Below, piece after piece: positions 27,164-42,100 of a stretch of 64,000 bases of DNA. Under the pieces are notes generated by a model. The model searched no databases and was not told where the DNA came from. It worked only from the letters and a program-made list of their open reading frames with translations. Positions within the stretch are counted from its first letter, which is position 1; each line of letters starts with the position of its first letter. This DNA is from Pecten maximus (lineage: Eukaryota), in assembly GCF_902652985.1 (NCBI RefSeq), contig NC_047018.1, forward strand, positions 24,552,001 through 24,616,000, in the 5' to 3' direction. A program made the translations under genes and the position numbers.

Positions 27164-30100
27164 CTAAGATAGTTTTACCTCATACTTAAAACAATAATAT
27201 TCTGTGTTCTCGATTGAATTTTGAAAATCTCATAATTGGTTCAGAAGACGGCATTAACATACAAAATATATCAAATCAGTTAACAACGGTTGTTATGTAA
27301 AGTTATGATAATAACAGAGGTGTTATCTTCCTTGGAATATTTCGTACATTAATTGAATGGTTTGTTGATAATATCTTATAGTACCTCATACTTTACTTTT
27401 TACTTTATTATAATTATTACTAACATTGAACTGTCTTTCGGCTATTTCACCAGCAATCAGTTTGGAGATATTCCTGCTGAAGTCAGTTCCTGTCAAGCCA
27501 TAGGTCACAATGCCAAAGCCCTCAGCCAGAACATCGTGTAAAACCTTGTACTGTTCCTGTAAGTCAAATAATAAGCAAGCCGCCTGTGGGAAATCCCCCC
27601 CCCCCATTTTATCATATATCAGCAAAATCATACTAAAAAACCCATTTTCGGTTATATTTAGCTGTGATATGTAAATTTGTTCGAAATTACATAACACAGT
27701 GATTATATACTAAATATATGCCAATCTATATCATACTATAATTTTTAAACGATATTTTAAAAAAGAACCATTTCATTTATAAAATCATGACAATGTAAGA
27801 AAATATAACAAAAAAAGAATAAATAATTAAAAGTGTACATATGTTTTATATGGATTTGATATAATAGTGATTTTCAGCCCTGTTTCGTATTTACCAATGT
27901 TTGAATCATATTCATTCTACCATTCCGCATTCTTTCAGTGTAACCGAACACGTCGATTTCATCGTTGAGCTTTCCTTCCCTCAGTAGGGCATCTAAACCG
28001 ATGTATGTGCCGGTTCGGCCTATACCAGCACTGTAAAAGATCAATTATGCCAGGACCAATATCCGATGACTGAAGTTTAAAACAATTCACGTATCATTAT
28101 TTATCATTTTAGTTCTACTGATCACAACCGCTGTATTATGCCCGAAGGAGTAGTGAAATAATTCGATATGACAAAGTAGTATATTACCTGCAATGCACAA
28201 TAAGTGGACCTTTCAAGTCTGTCTGACAAGATTCTACCCGTTTGTAAAACTGTAGGAGTTCGAAAGCTTCCGGTACGCCGTGATCTGACCATCTGGTAAA
28301 GTGGTACTGTGATATTTGCCTTTTGGCATTGGTCTGGAAAAATAGTCACATAATAGTAAAAAAAGAAATATTTGGTTTATGCACTCATGCATAACGTTTT
28401 TGTTTGAACTGAATTGTGTATATATCAAATGAACTGCCAAAATCACCTGTTTGTTCTTCACCGATACTTTTCTAATGGTGTAGAATGCGTATGCTTCTTC
28501 CTCCAGTAATGTCACTTGATACAGTCCAAGTTGCAGGGAATCTCCATCTTTTCCCATCCAATAGTTGGCACACTTTTTCTTTAAATAAAAAATGTTGCGA
28601 AGTCTCATAATGATATAATTTCAAATTTCTATTGCTTAAGATGTTTTCCGTTAACCAGTATTCATTTTAATGAACATACTTACAAACCAAGCACTTTAAG
28701 TAAAATTTTGAAGAAAGATAAAATGTTCACGGCTTGTTACAGTGGGCAGTGTTCGCTTAACGGAAACGTTTTCGCTCTTGAAATTATAACATTAAAAAAT
28801 GCTTGTTTAAATGGTTTACAGATGCCAGATAAAAAAAATAAGCCGAATTCCGGAAATGTCTTAATAAAACTGAAAAATCTTTAAAACAACTTTGTAACGT
28901 GGGTTACAACAACTTTGGTTTTCAAACGGTTTTATTGATCGTTTCAAAAAGCAGCAGTATACAAAAATGCGTTCGGCGAATCAAACAGTATCTCGGATGA
29001 GACCGTTGACAAATGGACACACACTGCTCTACCACTAATTGTCGAAAACTCTTCAAAAATGAAAAGCTCTCTTATTTGTTGACAATTGTCCGCGTATCGA
29101 TGCATTGAAATCTATAAAACTTGTGTTCTTTCCGCCTAACACCACTTCTAAATGATAGCCGATGCAAGGATCAGTGTGTGATTGACGCATATTGTCAAAA
29201 TAAACTAAAGAAAATATCTGTTTGGACAACTCAACATATCTCTGTGTGAACGTGGGTTCAAAAGGCATGGCACAATGTCAGCGATTAGTCGAAGTTTTGC
29301 GATGGCGGGTTTTGCTGACAGTTTAACTCGTGTCGAGTTACAATAAGATGGTCCCGATGATGATGTATCCGACTCAGAGGAATTTGAAACCATGAAAAAA
29401 CAGTCACTAATTAGCTCTTTTTAAAGTGACGGTGCAAACTTTGGGCTGGATAAATGTAGGCCTAACTTATATAGACGTACATGTCGGTAGGCTAGCCTAG
29501 ATATATAATACAAGAATGAAATAAGATTTATTTATCAATGTACTCCATATAATATATTAAATTGTATGTCGTTTCGTAAATTATTGCATGTCTGTGAGTC
29601 AAACCGGTAAACACAGTTACATTGAAACCCGGTTATTATGAACAAATTCTCAGAGTCCTCAGCATTTCATTATATCCAGGTTTGACTGTAAAAGCAATTA
29701 CTGAGCCATCCTTGATCAGCTAACGGGTTAACACTAATTATTGCATGAATCTTGAACTAGCTTATAGTTATTGTCATTGATGTAAAAGTGCACAGGGTTT
29801 AAATATTGAACGAAACTAAAATAAACTTGAATTTTCCTATGTAGCGATGACCTTTACCTTTCTAAGCGAAAATGAACGCTGATCATTTTAGGACAGACGT
29901 TATCGACTCTCAACTAATTATTTACCTTTCCAACTTCTACTAAATTTGCAAGCATGATAATTTTTCCGCATTCATTCTGCCATGCCATCCTCCAAAAATC
30001 CTCTATAGTTGTCACTTTAGGGCCTGATTTAGAAAAAGGTAACAATAAGCATAACAATCGAAAAAGTGCGAATCGTTCTTATTTAATTACAAAGTGAAGA

Positions 30101-33100
30101 TATTCTTCTAAAACAAAGCAATATAAATAAAGTCAAGTTAAACATGGAATAAACCATTACAGAAGAAAGAGAGAGAAAAATCTGATGTGTCCTCAAGGAT
30201 CACGATGTAAGCACGATCAAGAATGAGAACAAAAGAACAATTGACATTGTACTGGAGCTTGTCTCACCTTGAGTTGCGATATATGCCTTCACACCTTGTG
30301 TATCCTATAATAAAAATACAATATCAATTACAGCAAAAGGTATAAAAGTACAAAATAGGAAGAACTATTTGTCACCGGTTTGTTGATATTGGTGTTTTTA
30401 AATTTGTTGGTACATTGGTTTTTTAACCGTTTCTTCATACTTTCACGCTTAGAAAAAAAGTTTTAGCAATTATATACCTCTATATAATTAGCGTTGATAT
30501 AGTCGGTGTAGCCTTCCTTCTCTTTCCGTAAGGTAACTCTCGAATGGTCATCTGAAAGGAGGTGAAGGACAGATAATTATTAAAAATTATTCAAATGTTT
30601 ATTCAATCTGTGTCTGAATACTGTTAGTGTAACATGCTAGAGCAAACATTTAACACAGGTAATTGTTTTATCTAACATATCCAAATCTACAGAACAAGAA
30701 AATGTTGTGTGTTATGTGATCTGATAATCTTATTCTGACGCATTTCCTCCCCGAACACGCGGTCTGTAAACCGTCTCGTTGTCTATATTAATTGACATTA
30801 TTGAGGTTGACTTCATAGTAAGGTTTTGTTTATGTTTTTGTATATTCTTGTCCATTATTGTACTATGTACTATGTTTCGTAAAGGAGTCATACTCACATG
30901 CAAACGTTGTCTTGAATCTGTTAAAAATAATATTTTCTGGCGCCTTCGATATGCCGTGTGGATGAATCAAACCATGTGGTAAATTCTATAAACACAATAA
31001 AGATGGTCTGTTCACTGCCTCACTCATTAAATTACTTCCAGGGTCATCCTATTGTTTTTACCGGATTGTACAATATATTGGCATCTTACACTAATATTGA
31101 AAACAGAATACCTTAGCATGTGTTAAACGTGTGGTAAACAGTATCAAACATTATCACTGCTATGTTTGTATTTTACCATATATATGTAATGAAAATGTGT
31201 GATTACTAAGCCTCATTGACAGTCTACCTTCGATTCAGTAAAAATCTGGACCTTGCTTTCGCTTCGTTGTTATATGCCTATCTTGATTTCATTGTAAAAC
31301 GCGCCTTTGCTATGTTTCGTGACATATTTGCCTGGTATTCAGTGATAAATGTGTCGTTTCTATATTTCTTGATCATATTGATGGTTTTGCTTAACGTCCT
31401 ATTAACAGCCAGGGTAATTTAAGGACGTGCCCGGTTTGGAGCGGAGGAAAACCGGCCTACGGTCAGTACCTGGCAACTGCCCCACGTAGGTTTCGAACTC
31501 GAAACCCAGAGGTGGAGGGCTAGTGATAAAGTGTCGGGACACCGTAACCGCGGCATAGATTTTACCAGGTATTCAGTAGTACATATGTTGTTATGCTTCG
31601 TATTCAGTAATACATGTCGTTGCTATGTTTCTTGGTATAGATTTTACCAGGTATTCAGTAGCAATATGTTGTTGTTATGTTTCGTGTCATATTTACCTGG
31701 TATTCAGTGTCAAATGTGTCGTAACTATTCTTCCTGACAACGATGTTATGATGAAGTGTCGGGTCACCTTAACCACTCGACCATTGCGGCATAGATTTTA
31801 CCAGGTATTCAGTATTAAATATGTTGTATGTTTCGTATTCGGTAATAAATGTCGTTGCTATTTTCTTTGTATAGATTTTACCAGGTATTCAGTAATAAAT
31901 ATGTTGTTATGTTTCGTGACATATTTACCTTGTATTCAGTGTCAAATGGGGCGTTGCTATGTTTCTTGACATAGATTACCAGGTATTCAGGAGTAGATAC
32001 TAGTACTTGTATGTTGCTCTGATCTTTTGTGACATATTTACCTGATATTCAGTGTCAAATGTGTCGTTACTATTCTTCCTGACAATGATGTTATGTAAAT
32101 CCGTTACTTTCATCTTTGTGTCGGCACTGACAGGGGTACGTGACGGATTGTTGATGTAAATGACTTCCTCCTCGTCCTCAGCAAACACGTCCGGTATGTC
32201 TCCATGTTTATCTGTATGCACATCACCATGAGTATCTTGTACATTTCCCGGTACTTCTTCCTCTTGGTCGGTATGATTGTTTCCCAGTTCTGCTTCTGAA
32301 GACGCCATGTTGACATATGCCTGGTCGCCTGTTATAAATTCAGCGAGATACCAACGGCGATACCATAATTTACAACTGAATGTAACTCCATCTAACATGA
32401 ATGATACATTCATTAACATTGACACGTACACACACTACCATCTTTACGATATTTATCACCACAAATGGTGTGCATAATTTTCTAACAATGATAAGAAATA
32501 ACTTTTCTAAAGATATGGCCATCCCAATTAAACGGTGTTAAATAGTAATGTATCATTTAAAGAAGCGTCATCGAAGGTCGTTTTATTTTATAATAAGTGC
32601 GTGTTTCGGAATGGTACTTGCTTTAAAAGAAATGTTTCATGCATATCAGAAAGAACATTTTATTACATAATAATTATACGATAAGTTATACGAACCATTC
32701 GTTCTGTCAATTTTGAGTATTCTCTTTTTTGGCTTTCTCGGGATCTGGTCATTTTCTTTGGATGGGATTTGTCGCTTCCTCCTTACAACATCATAATGTT
32801 ATATTAGCCATACAGTAAATTACTTTATTGCATAAAAGGTTTGTCATGTATTAAACTTAACTGAATTTCTTAATCAAATGTTACTATTGGTTCAATTTAT
32901 GAAACGTAGACTATATTATCAAAGACCCCAAGGGAGCCGTAAATCATACAAACTAGATCATAAAAATAGCACACTTATTAAAAGTATTAGCTGTAGCACG
33001 TTCTGTGTTATTCTGCTATAAATGGTACGCATCGTTACTTCAAAAATGTCCGTATGTTTCTAATTTTCGTCTTCAAACAATCATCTATTCAATTCAATCA

Positions 33101-36100
33101 ACTTCTATAACCTTTTCACAATGTTAACGGTTTTTCTTGTTCATTGCTTACCTGACCAGAATAACTGTTATAATAATTATGATGACAATAACCGCAATGG
33201 CTGCACATACCCCGCCAATTATTCCGGCCAATGGAGAAGCGCCTTGTTAACCATATGAAGGTAAATCAATTATGACCAATCATAGGATGTAAATTACGCA
33301 TGATCAACCACAGGTAAATAAATCAATCATAGTCAATCGCAGGAAACTAGATCAATCATGGTCAATCACAGGAAACTAGATCAATCATGATCAATCACAG
33401 GTAACTAAATCAATCATAGTCAATCACAGGTAACTAAATAAATTAGGATCAACCACAGATAACTAAACCAATCATGATCAATCACAGGTAACTCAATCAA
33501 TCATGATCAATCACAGGTAAATACATAAATCATGATCAATCACAGGTAACTAAATCAATCATGATCAATCACAGGTAACTAAATCAATCATGATCTATTA
33601 TAGAAAATTAAATAAATCGTGATCAATTGATTAGCTTTCAATTGGTTGATTATATTACCTATTTGGTATTATTAATGTTTGATTATCACTGAGATGACTC
33701 ATATTTTTCTAATGATCTGTTACACTATAAAATAACTGAAATATGACGTCATAATCAAATGTTCAGATACAGTCAAACTTGTTTCGCAACAATAAATATA
33801 ATACTTACCAAGATGATACACCAACATTGGTATTGTTACTGACATCCTGTATTCGTTTGAGTTGTAATATGTAGGTTTGCTCACCCACAATTCACATACA
33901 AGATTTTGGAAAATTTTGGGATACAGAGAACATTATTGAATTACCTTGGTTATCACCGGGTTGTTGCACAGCCTCTGCAACAAAAAAATGATGTTACGTA
34001 TGGGAACTTCAATTTGTACAGCTCCTTAATATATCACAAAATTCTAAACGTTAACAATAAGCGATATTTCTATTTATTACATGTGAGCAACGTAAAATTT
34101 ATATTTCATTGTAAAAAATAGATTAGTGTATCAAAATATATGGCTGAGTTCTGTTCAAAATATAACCTGCTGCTCAAAATATGAAATACTTGTTTAAGGC
34201 TATATTTTAGGCAATCATTAAGATTTAGAGTTGAAGTTTCAAGTGTAAAATAAATGAATCAATGTCACGTTTCCTGCTTCAAGTAGTCTCTTGTTGACAG
34301 CAGGCAGCAGTAAAATTGAGGGTTGCGAATGTAAATTATACATGAATGTATCATTCCCTGCATCAAGTAGTTTCTTGACAGTACACAATTCCTTTTGCTT
34401 AACATACTATTTTCCACAGAGTTGCATTTGCATAAAAGATTAATGTGATTCAATTATGGGGAGGAATGGGTATGTCTAGCGACACTCAATATACCTGTAT
34501 CACAAGCCGAACCTGTCCAGCCAACATGACATCCTTCTACATTACAGAATCCAGTGAACCTGTCACACCCGGGTGTGGCACAATGACACGTGTGATCACA
34601 GTCACTACCGAATGAGGTGTTATTGCAAGCTGATATAATAAATATGAAAAAAAAATGTATTAGCAACATACCATGAAACATGCTCTTTTGGTTGGTAAAT
34701 ATGATTGTGAATAGACTTTGTTATATATCATAACTAGTGTTAAATTTGAGCGTAACGTTTCGGTAATTGTACTGTCACCTTCATCAGACAAATGGCCAGT
34801 AGGTGGTAATGTACACTTAGGTGTTATTTGTACGGAATAAAATCAACAGATCTTCCCGTCTAAACTATAATCTATCTCTCGTTCTGGTGTAGAACTGACC
34901 TGCTAAGTCGTATCTGGTTGGCTTCCTTAATTGCCTACCGCTTCAAGAAATATAAGTAAAGCGTAGACGAATTGGCTTCTACACATGGCCGAATCGACTT
35001 CTCCTCATACTAACCTAATCTACTTGTATATTGTTTGTCACCTCTTAAATATAGGTAACTTGATGACAATCTCGTACGCATAACACCTAATTGTATTGCA
35101 CATTGCTGTTTACTAGATATTTGTCTGATGAAGGTGACAGAGTACTCACATTATACATAACGCCTAAATCATGTCCTGGTGGTGATATATACCAAGGTCT
35201 ATTCACAGTTAGTAAATGATTTACAAGTAAATGGACATTAAGTTGTGTGTTTGAAATCATGCCAATAGATAGTATATGCATAACTACTTTCAATTTGCTT
35301 TTAATTGATGGAAAGAGGACGAATATATTCACATATTTTAATCACTGGTGTAATTATATTAGAATTGTTTTAATCTCCTCTAAAATTTAGAATGTCATTT
35401 ACCTATATCGCACCTTGAACCTTCCCATCCCATGTCACATCCTGGTACGTTACATTTTCCAATGTTGGCATCACATTCAGAAGTAGCACAGTTACAGGTA
35501 TACTTACAATCTTTACCATATTTACCAACGTCGCATGCTGTCATATACAAATCAATGAATAAGGTAGTCTCACTCTTAATTCCATAAATATATTTGATAA
35601 ATACTTCTATGTTGAAATAAATACATTTATATTGTTCTACTTCTTTTAATAAAAGCACTATACCCAGGTTATAAAGCGAAAGTACAAATGTAGTAAAATA
35701 AAAGATTTTCATATTATTAGATAATATGTGTTACCGCATACAAAATCACAACACCCTTAGTTAACTTAACATTTCTGTGATCTTAAAGTTACATCATGTA
35801 TCTTTTCCATCTCAAAACAACGTACTTCAAGTAATTTCTATCCTTCGCCTCATAACGTTAAACGAAAAAAAAATAAAAAATACAGCAATGAGCTTGTAAC
35901 ATTTTCGAGTTATTAGTATTTAATTAAATATACAACAACGTATATATCATATAAACATGGACCATTGTTATGGGTGATAAGAGTAAACTGAAGGATACAG
36001 TATTACCTTTGTCACAACTCAATCCTTCCCATCCAGCCTCACATCCTGGCCTGGTACATGGTCCACTGAATCTATCACAACCAAGAACGGCACAGTGGCA

Positions 36101-39100
36101 TATTTTTTTACAGTCCTCACCAAATTGTTTGTATGGACAGGCTAAAACAAAAATGGAACAGTTCGTTAGAAAAATGTCTAACATTATAAATATGTCATAT
36201 TACCGGGAAAATGAAGAATATAATTAAATGTTCATGCATGGTTTTAACACTCTATGTTTGTATACCCTTTGATAAGAGTAATGATCATACTATTTCTTTT
36301 AAGTTCATTTGATTTAATGTCGCTCTACATGCTGATCCAATAAAATGTAACCTAAATCACAGGCCACTCCTGTCCATCCAGATTTACATCCTGCAAATGT
36401 ACAACTCCCATTGAAGCGGTCACAGCCTGGCAAAGCACAGTGACATGTCTGTGAACAGTTCTGATCAAATCTACCATCACCACACTCTAAAAGAAAAACA
36501 GTTTAATCACAGTCATTTCAGAATCAATTTTCAAAGGCATAACATATTAGTAAGAAAGTACGAACACATGGAAATTTAATAATTCACAATCAAAGATATC
36601 AGTGTCGTTTTGAACATTTAAAAAAAGGTGTCCCTGACTTTTTTCCTTCAGGAAACTATATTGTTTTGTGATAAAACAAAAGAACTTAATTACTTATTAA
36701 TGAAATAAGTCTGTTAGAGTGTATATAACAGGATGTCATATGATGACCAACATCCATTCAGCAGCTTTCATATACGTGTTTCCAAAGTATAATGACCTCT
36801 GACGTTGAATTAATTACGTTAAGACGAAATAATATTTTCCCACGCTTTTACCAAAATAGATGGTTGTTTATTCAACCCCCATGACATAAAATAACGTTCA
36901 GTTTATACAACACGTGGCATAAACTCTATATGTGTTTTAATTTTTTGACACTAAGACCTTTGATCGGGACATTTTTTTTATGACGTGGTTCAATGTGTTT
37001 TGATTAGTTAACGCTTGAAGGCTGCTTCACGAGGTCCTCAAAATTATAACATACAAGAAGTAGTTTACAGTTGTCTTTAGTCATATTTAAAAAATAGATA
37101 TATCTTTTCATCAATTTATTGCTTTGAAAATAAAAAGCTCTCATGATTTTTAATCAATTGTAATATTTCCACACATTTCCGAAATTGTCAGTTTTGCATA
37201 CTGATTAGCGGCATTCACATTTTGTCATATTGTATATGGTATTTTTTTTCACTTTCGATAGTTATTTTCACTCGATAAAGCCCATGTTTATGAAAGTTTT
37301 GAAAAATAACTAACTCGAGTAAAATAAATTCCAAAAACGACGATAAATCGTTTTGTAATCGATATATATTTCATTTCGTCGGTCAGCAGAGCTTACCGAC
37401 ATAAAAACTAAGTCGTAATTCTTGTTCAAAATTCAATAAAACTTGTGCAGAAAAAGACAACAAAAACAAGGAGATTCTTCAAAAATCACAAGGAGAATCA
37501 GGTAAATTGTTCTCGAAAGTAAAACAATGCTTCATTGACGATAACCGTAAATCTAGGTCAAATCAAGATTATTGGGCCCGCCCCTCATGCCCATAGAGGA
37601 CAAGACCAAACGTTTATACAAAATTGTTTTCCATTCCCCCATGGATGCTTCAGAAAAAATAGGGACCAAATCTTGGCACATTGCCACAGAAGAAGGATTA
37701 GAAAAAAATTCCTCGATTTCCCCCACTAGACCCCGGCCCTCCGGCCCCTTTGAGGCCAGACCCACCATTTATGCATAATTGGTTCCCCCTTACCCGAGGA
37801 TGCTTGAGACAAAATATGGACAAAATGATTTCATATAACAGAAGAAGAAGGCTTTTTATGAATTATTTGCTTAATTTCCCTTTTGAGCCCAAGTCCTTAG
37901 ATGCCTGGGAGCCAGACCACAAACTCGTTCATGACTAGTAGCAATTTGTTTTAGGAAAAGTTGACGAAAGAGAGAGATCCTGTTATGAATATGGCAACAA
38001 CCCTCGAGACATTTTTCTGAATGTAATGCATTCAGATCCAGTTCTGAACAGAATCAGATCGTCTGGCCGTGAGAATTAGGTAATTGTAAAGAATTTTGCA
38101 CTACCATATAAATTGAGTATTCTTACTTGCAAAAACAGGACTGGATATTTGATTTGTTCCTGTTAAGAATTTACAAAATTCATGATAATGCTGAGTTATA
38201 CATAGGAATCAGATATTTAATCGTCAGAATTATGGTAGCGTTCCTATGTCTGATTTCTATGACTGTCTAATCTTCAAACTAAGTCAATATTACCGGCATC
38301 GCAAGCATTCCCTTGCCATCCTTCTTTACATCCTGGTGCAGTACAATGTCCGGTTTCTCTGTTGCATCCGGGTGTTGTACAGCGACACGTATGGACACAG
38401 TCCGCTCCAAATGTGCCAGGTCCACACTCTTAGATAGGAAAAGAAAACAAGAACAAAATACAATAAAATATAATTAAAGATCAAATTTAACAAACTGGAT
38501 TTAAAACTTACTTCTTACTTCAAAACTACAGAACAGAATCATTTTATATAACATTTCACCTGTAAAACAGGATTGTCCCATCCATCCACTCTGACATCCA
38601 GTGACGTCACAGATTCCGTTGTCCGGATCACATCCACCCACACCACAGTGACATGTTATATTACAGGTGGGTCCAAACATGTTAACTGGACATCCTATAA
38701 GAAAGAAAAAGTCAAACTATATTTCAATCTTGGTTAGTTCATATACAACAAAATCACATTGAATTCGTTTGCCGTTAAATTTATTTATAGCTAAATAAAA
38801 TAATATTTAATAATAAAGGATAAGTTTGTTTTATGAAAATGAGACATGCACGGCAGTATGTGATTACTGATCATCATTGTACGAGGTATTACATCAGATA
38901 AAATTATAGTGAATATCTATAATTACCGTACACCTGAACCTCACACAATTCCACAACAGCCTGATGTGTTCGAGTAGTACTCGATGAGATTTAGGTCCAT
39001 TATCAGCCGGACGTGTGTTATAGAATATGACGTATCGCCCGTCTACTGTACACGGACGTGATTGGTTGAATGATGGGAGGATACCAGGGATCCGTTATAT

Positions 39101-42100
39101 TGTCATGGTAACAAAGATGTCCTGTACTTGGTAGATTGTCCACAGCGGATATATTGGAAACATAGAGATAAAACCCAGAAAGTCGCCAGGGATCTAGAAT
39201 GGTATATTTTTATAAATAGTAAAAATAGTATAATACTGTAGAGAATTAATAAAAAAAAATCTCTAAGATTATACAATATAGATATTAATCAGCATGTTTG
39301 ACGACACAATAAAGATGTATTAAATCATTTTGTCAAAATCAACCAGCTTCAATTGTACATATTATAAAGGATCAGTGATACATGTACGTCATAATGTATA
39401 CTATATATATATATATATATATATATAATACAACATATATATAAGAATACAACGATATACATCCGTGTGTCTGTAGTTAAGTAAAATTTAATTTTATGCA
39501 TTAAATATCTTATATATAACAGTAATAAGCTATATAAACTGATCTTTTTCAAACTCCATTCATTGTTCTAATGACCTTATCATGGTGGTCTCTCTTGATT
39601 CACTGTGAGAATATTTGAAAGTGTGATATCTGTAAGAAAGAGTCCGTCAACTAAATTGTTAATGATAATAAATATCATCTCGTCATATGGATTAGTACTG
39701 GATCCATATTTACCACCGTTAACGTTGATGAATTGAGAATCGATTGATATTTTCCCTTTTCCAATTTTATAAAGACACCAATCATATCTTTTTTTATTAT
39801 ATCTAATATGGATCCTACATAAAACTCGCCAAAGATTGAAGTATTGCAAACATATCATTATTCTATATCATTATGTCATTTATTATCCACTGCACCTTTC
39901 TTAATTTCTTGCTTTAATCCGATGATGAACGGCGAATTTATTAACATGAGAAAAATTATCAACCGAGCACGAAATACAATATTTTTTCTATCATATCTTC
40001 CCATCATTATTACTTACACAGCTCTCTGTATGTGACATTTAGAGTCTTTATCCTTGATATTTGTTCAAGGTCAACACGCCACCATGCCTCACGTGACCCT
40101 GTCGTGTTAGTAGAACTACAGCTTCCTCCTCCAACGTTTTTCCCTATCACACCATCTACGGCTCTGTTAGCACCCCATACACCATAAACAGAACTCTGTG
40201 ATGCCGTCTTTCGTAATGCGATGTTGTCTATTACAATGGAAGGGAAATAAGCGATACATAGTATATATACATCTTATAATAATATTTTTCTTGTTAGTCA
40301 AAACTAAATAAGAGTTTGTAGTTTTATATACCGCTATATAACACAACTTCATATCCATCTCAAAGCGGTTCACAAATTAAAACTACATTGATCATTATGC
40401 AAAGAAGAAATGTATCATTCTATTAATTCTGGGTTCGATATTTACGTTTAAGATGTATCATCGATCACTATATGTAGCATATTGTGATTTGTTTTTTATT
40501 CATCATCTGATAAATTAGTCTGTTGTATACAGAATAATATTGACATAAATAAATATCATGTCATCCGAAATACAACTTCATTATCAGATGTTAATATAGT
40601 TTATCGGTTTGATAATTCATTATCTTCTTTATCTATTTACAGTGCATGTATATGCCCTTTCATCAGCTTATATTCAGTAGATAAAATCGATATCACATAA
40701 ATTATTTTGTCGATACTCCTGAGTGTATCCGGTAGATACCAATAACGTTTTCACACCTAAGGAAAAGTATGTTTATCTCATTACTACGTTTGTTACACAA
40801 CTGATTCGTCATGTGATAAAATTCAGTGTGTGCTAATCGTTTTGTTTACTCACTGAGGTGTGTAACCACTTTCAAAACGCCCAATGGGTCATTTCTGACT
40901 TTGAACACTTCTGATTGGTTAATCTTTGACCACGGACTATGTTTACTCTGTTCCTTTAATATTTGTGGATGGCACAGTGGTAACGCACTTGCCTTTCACC
41001 TAGACGGCCGAGGTTCGATACCCTCATCGGACGTGAAAAGGTAAAGAGTCAGCTGCCCGTCCGCGTGGGTTTCCCCCGGGTACTCAGCTTTCCTCCCACA
41101 GTAAGACCCCTTGCACGCTTCCATCCTGGCCAACAAGAGTGCTTAATATAACGTTTTTCGCAATTGTTGTAAAGTAAATAAAGTTTTTTTTAAGTTTTTT
41201 GTCGTCGTCTGCTTTTGTAAACATTAGCCTGCACATGTTTTGTAAATTTACCGGGGTCAACTTTGGCATGACTGTGAAATGTCCTCAAGAAAAGTCTTTA
41301 TGATAAAATAGACTACACCGATGTTAGATTTGCATTGATCGTGCATGGTGAACCAAAACTGACCTACTCCTTATGATTATTGATATGCATTAGACATCGG
41401 TAGCCTTCAATGAATCATCAAAACAAAACACAATAAACGTTCAATCAAATGGTTCGTAATCGTAAGTATTTTAATGAAAGGGTAGGAGTTTCTATTTTTG
41501 TTCATAATTTTAATGATTTTTTTTGTTGATATAATTGATGCCTGAGCCTCGAGCTTCATTTTTCCTGATACAGCAGTAGGTTGATGTCACTGGGTACGAA
41601 TATTGTGACCAACAGAGAAAAATATGAATAAATTGAATGAACAAATCTTAGGATGAACTGCCAACATCAATATAGACACTACTAGCATGTCCAGGAAAGT
41701 ACCGATAATGTCTTTTACTATTTCAAATTAAACGTTATTTATTTTTATTTTCGACAAATGATATCGCATAGCTGACCCAGGTTAGTGCCCCTGGTATCGG
41801 GTTAAATGTGTTCATGTAATTATACGATAGAGGGCGTCGGCGGGAGCGGTCAGTCGGAGTCTGCGCATTGTATACGTATACTGTACAGCGCATCCTTTGT
41901 CCTTTTTCTTACTGGCCTCTCACCACGCCGGTCGCACAACAATTGGAAGTATTTAAAAAAAAAATGTTACAACACATCCGCCACCTCCTTCATACACCAT
42001 TATAGTTAATTAGCTAAACATGTTTAACAGCTATACATAAGTACTTGAGCTGAATTCGTGTTTACCGATTTCTGCTCTCGAGTTTGTTTCTTTCAGGATT

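Noticed and set aside
28650-29430. Possible DNA-transposon remnant in a PTP D1 intron
   Set aside because: No convincing TIRs or transposase motif found by eye.
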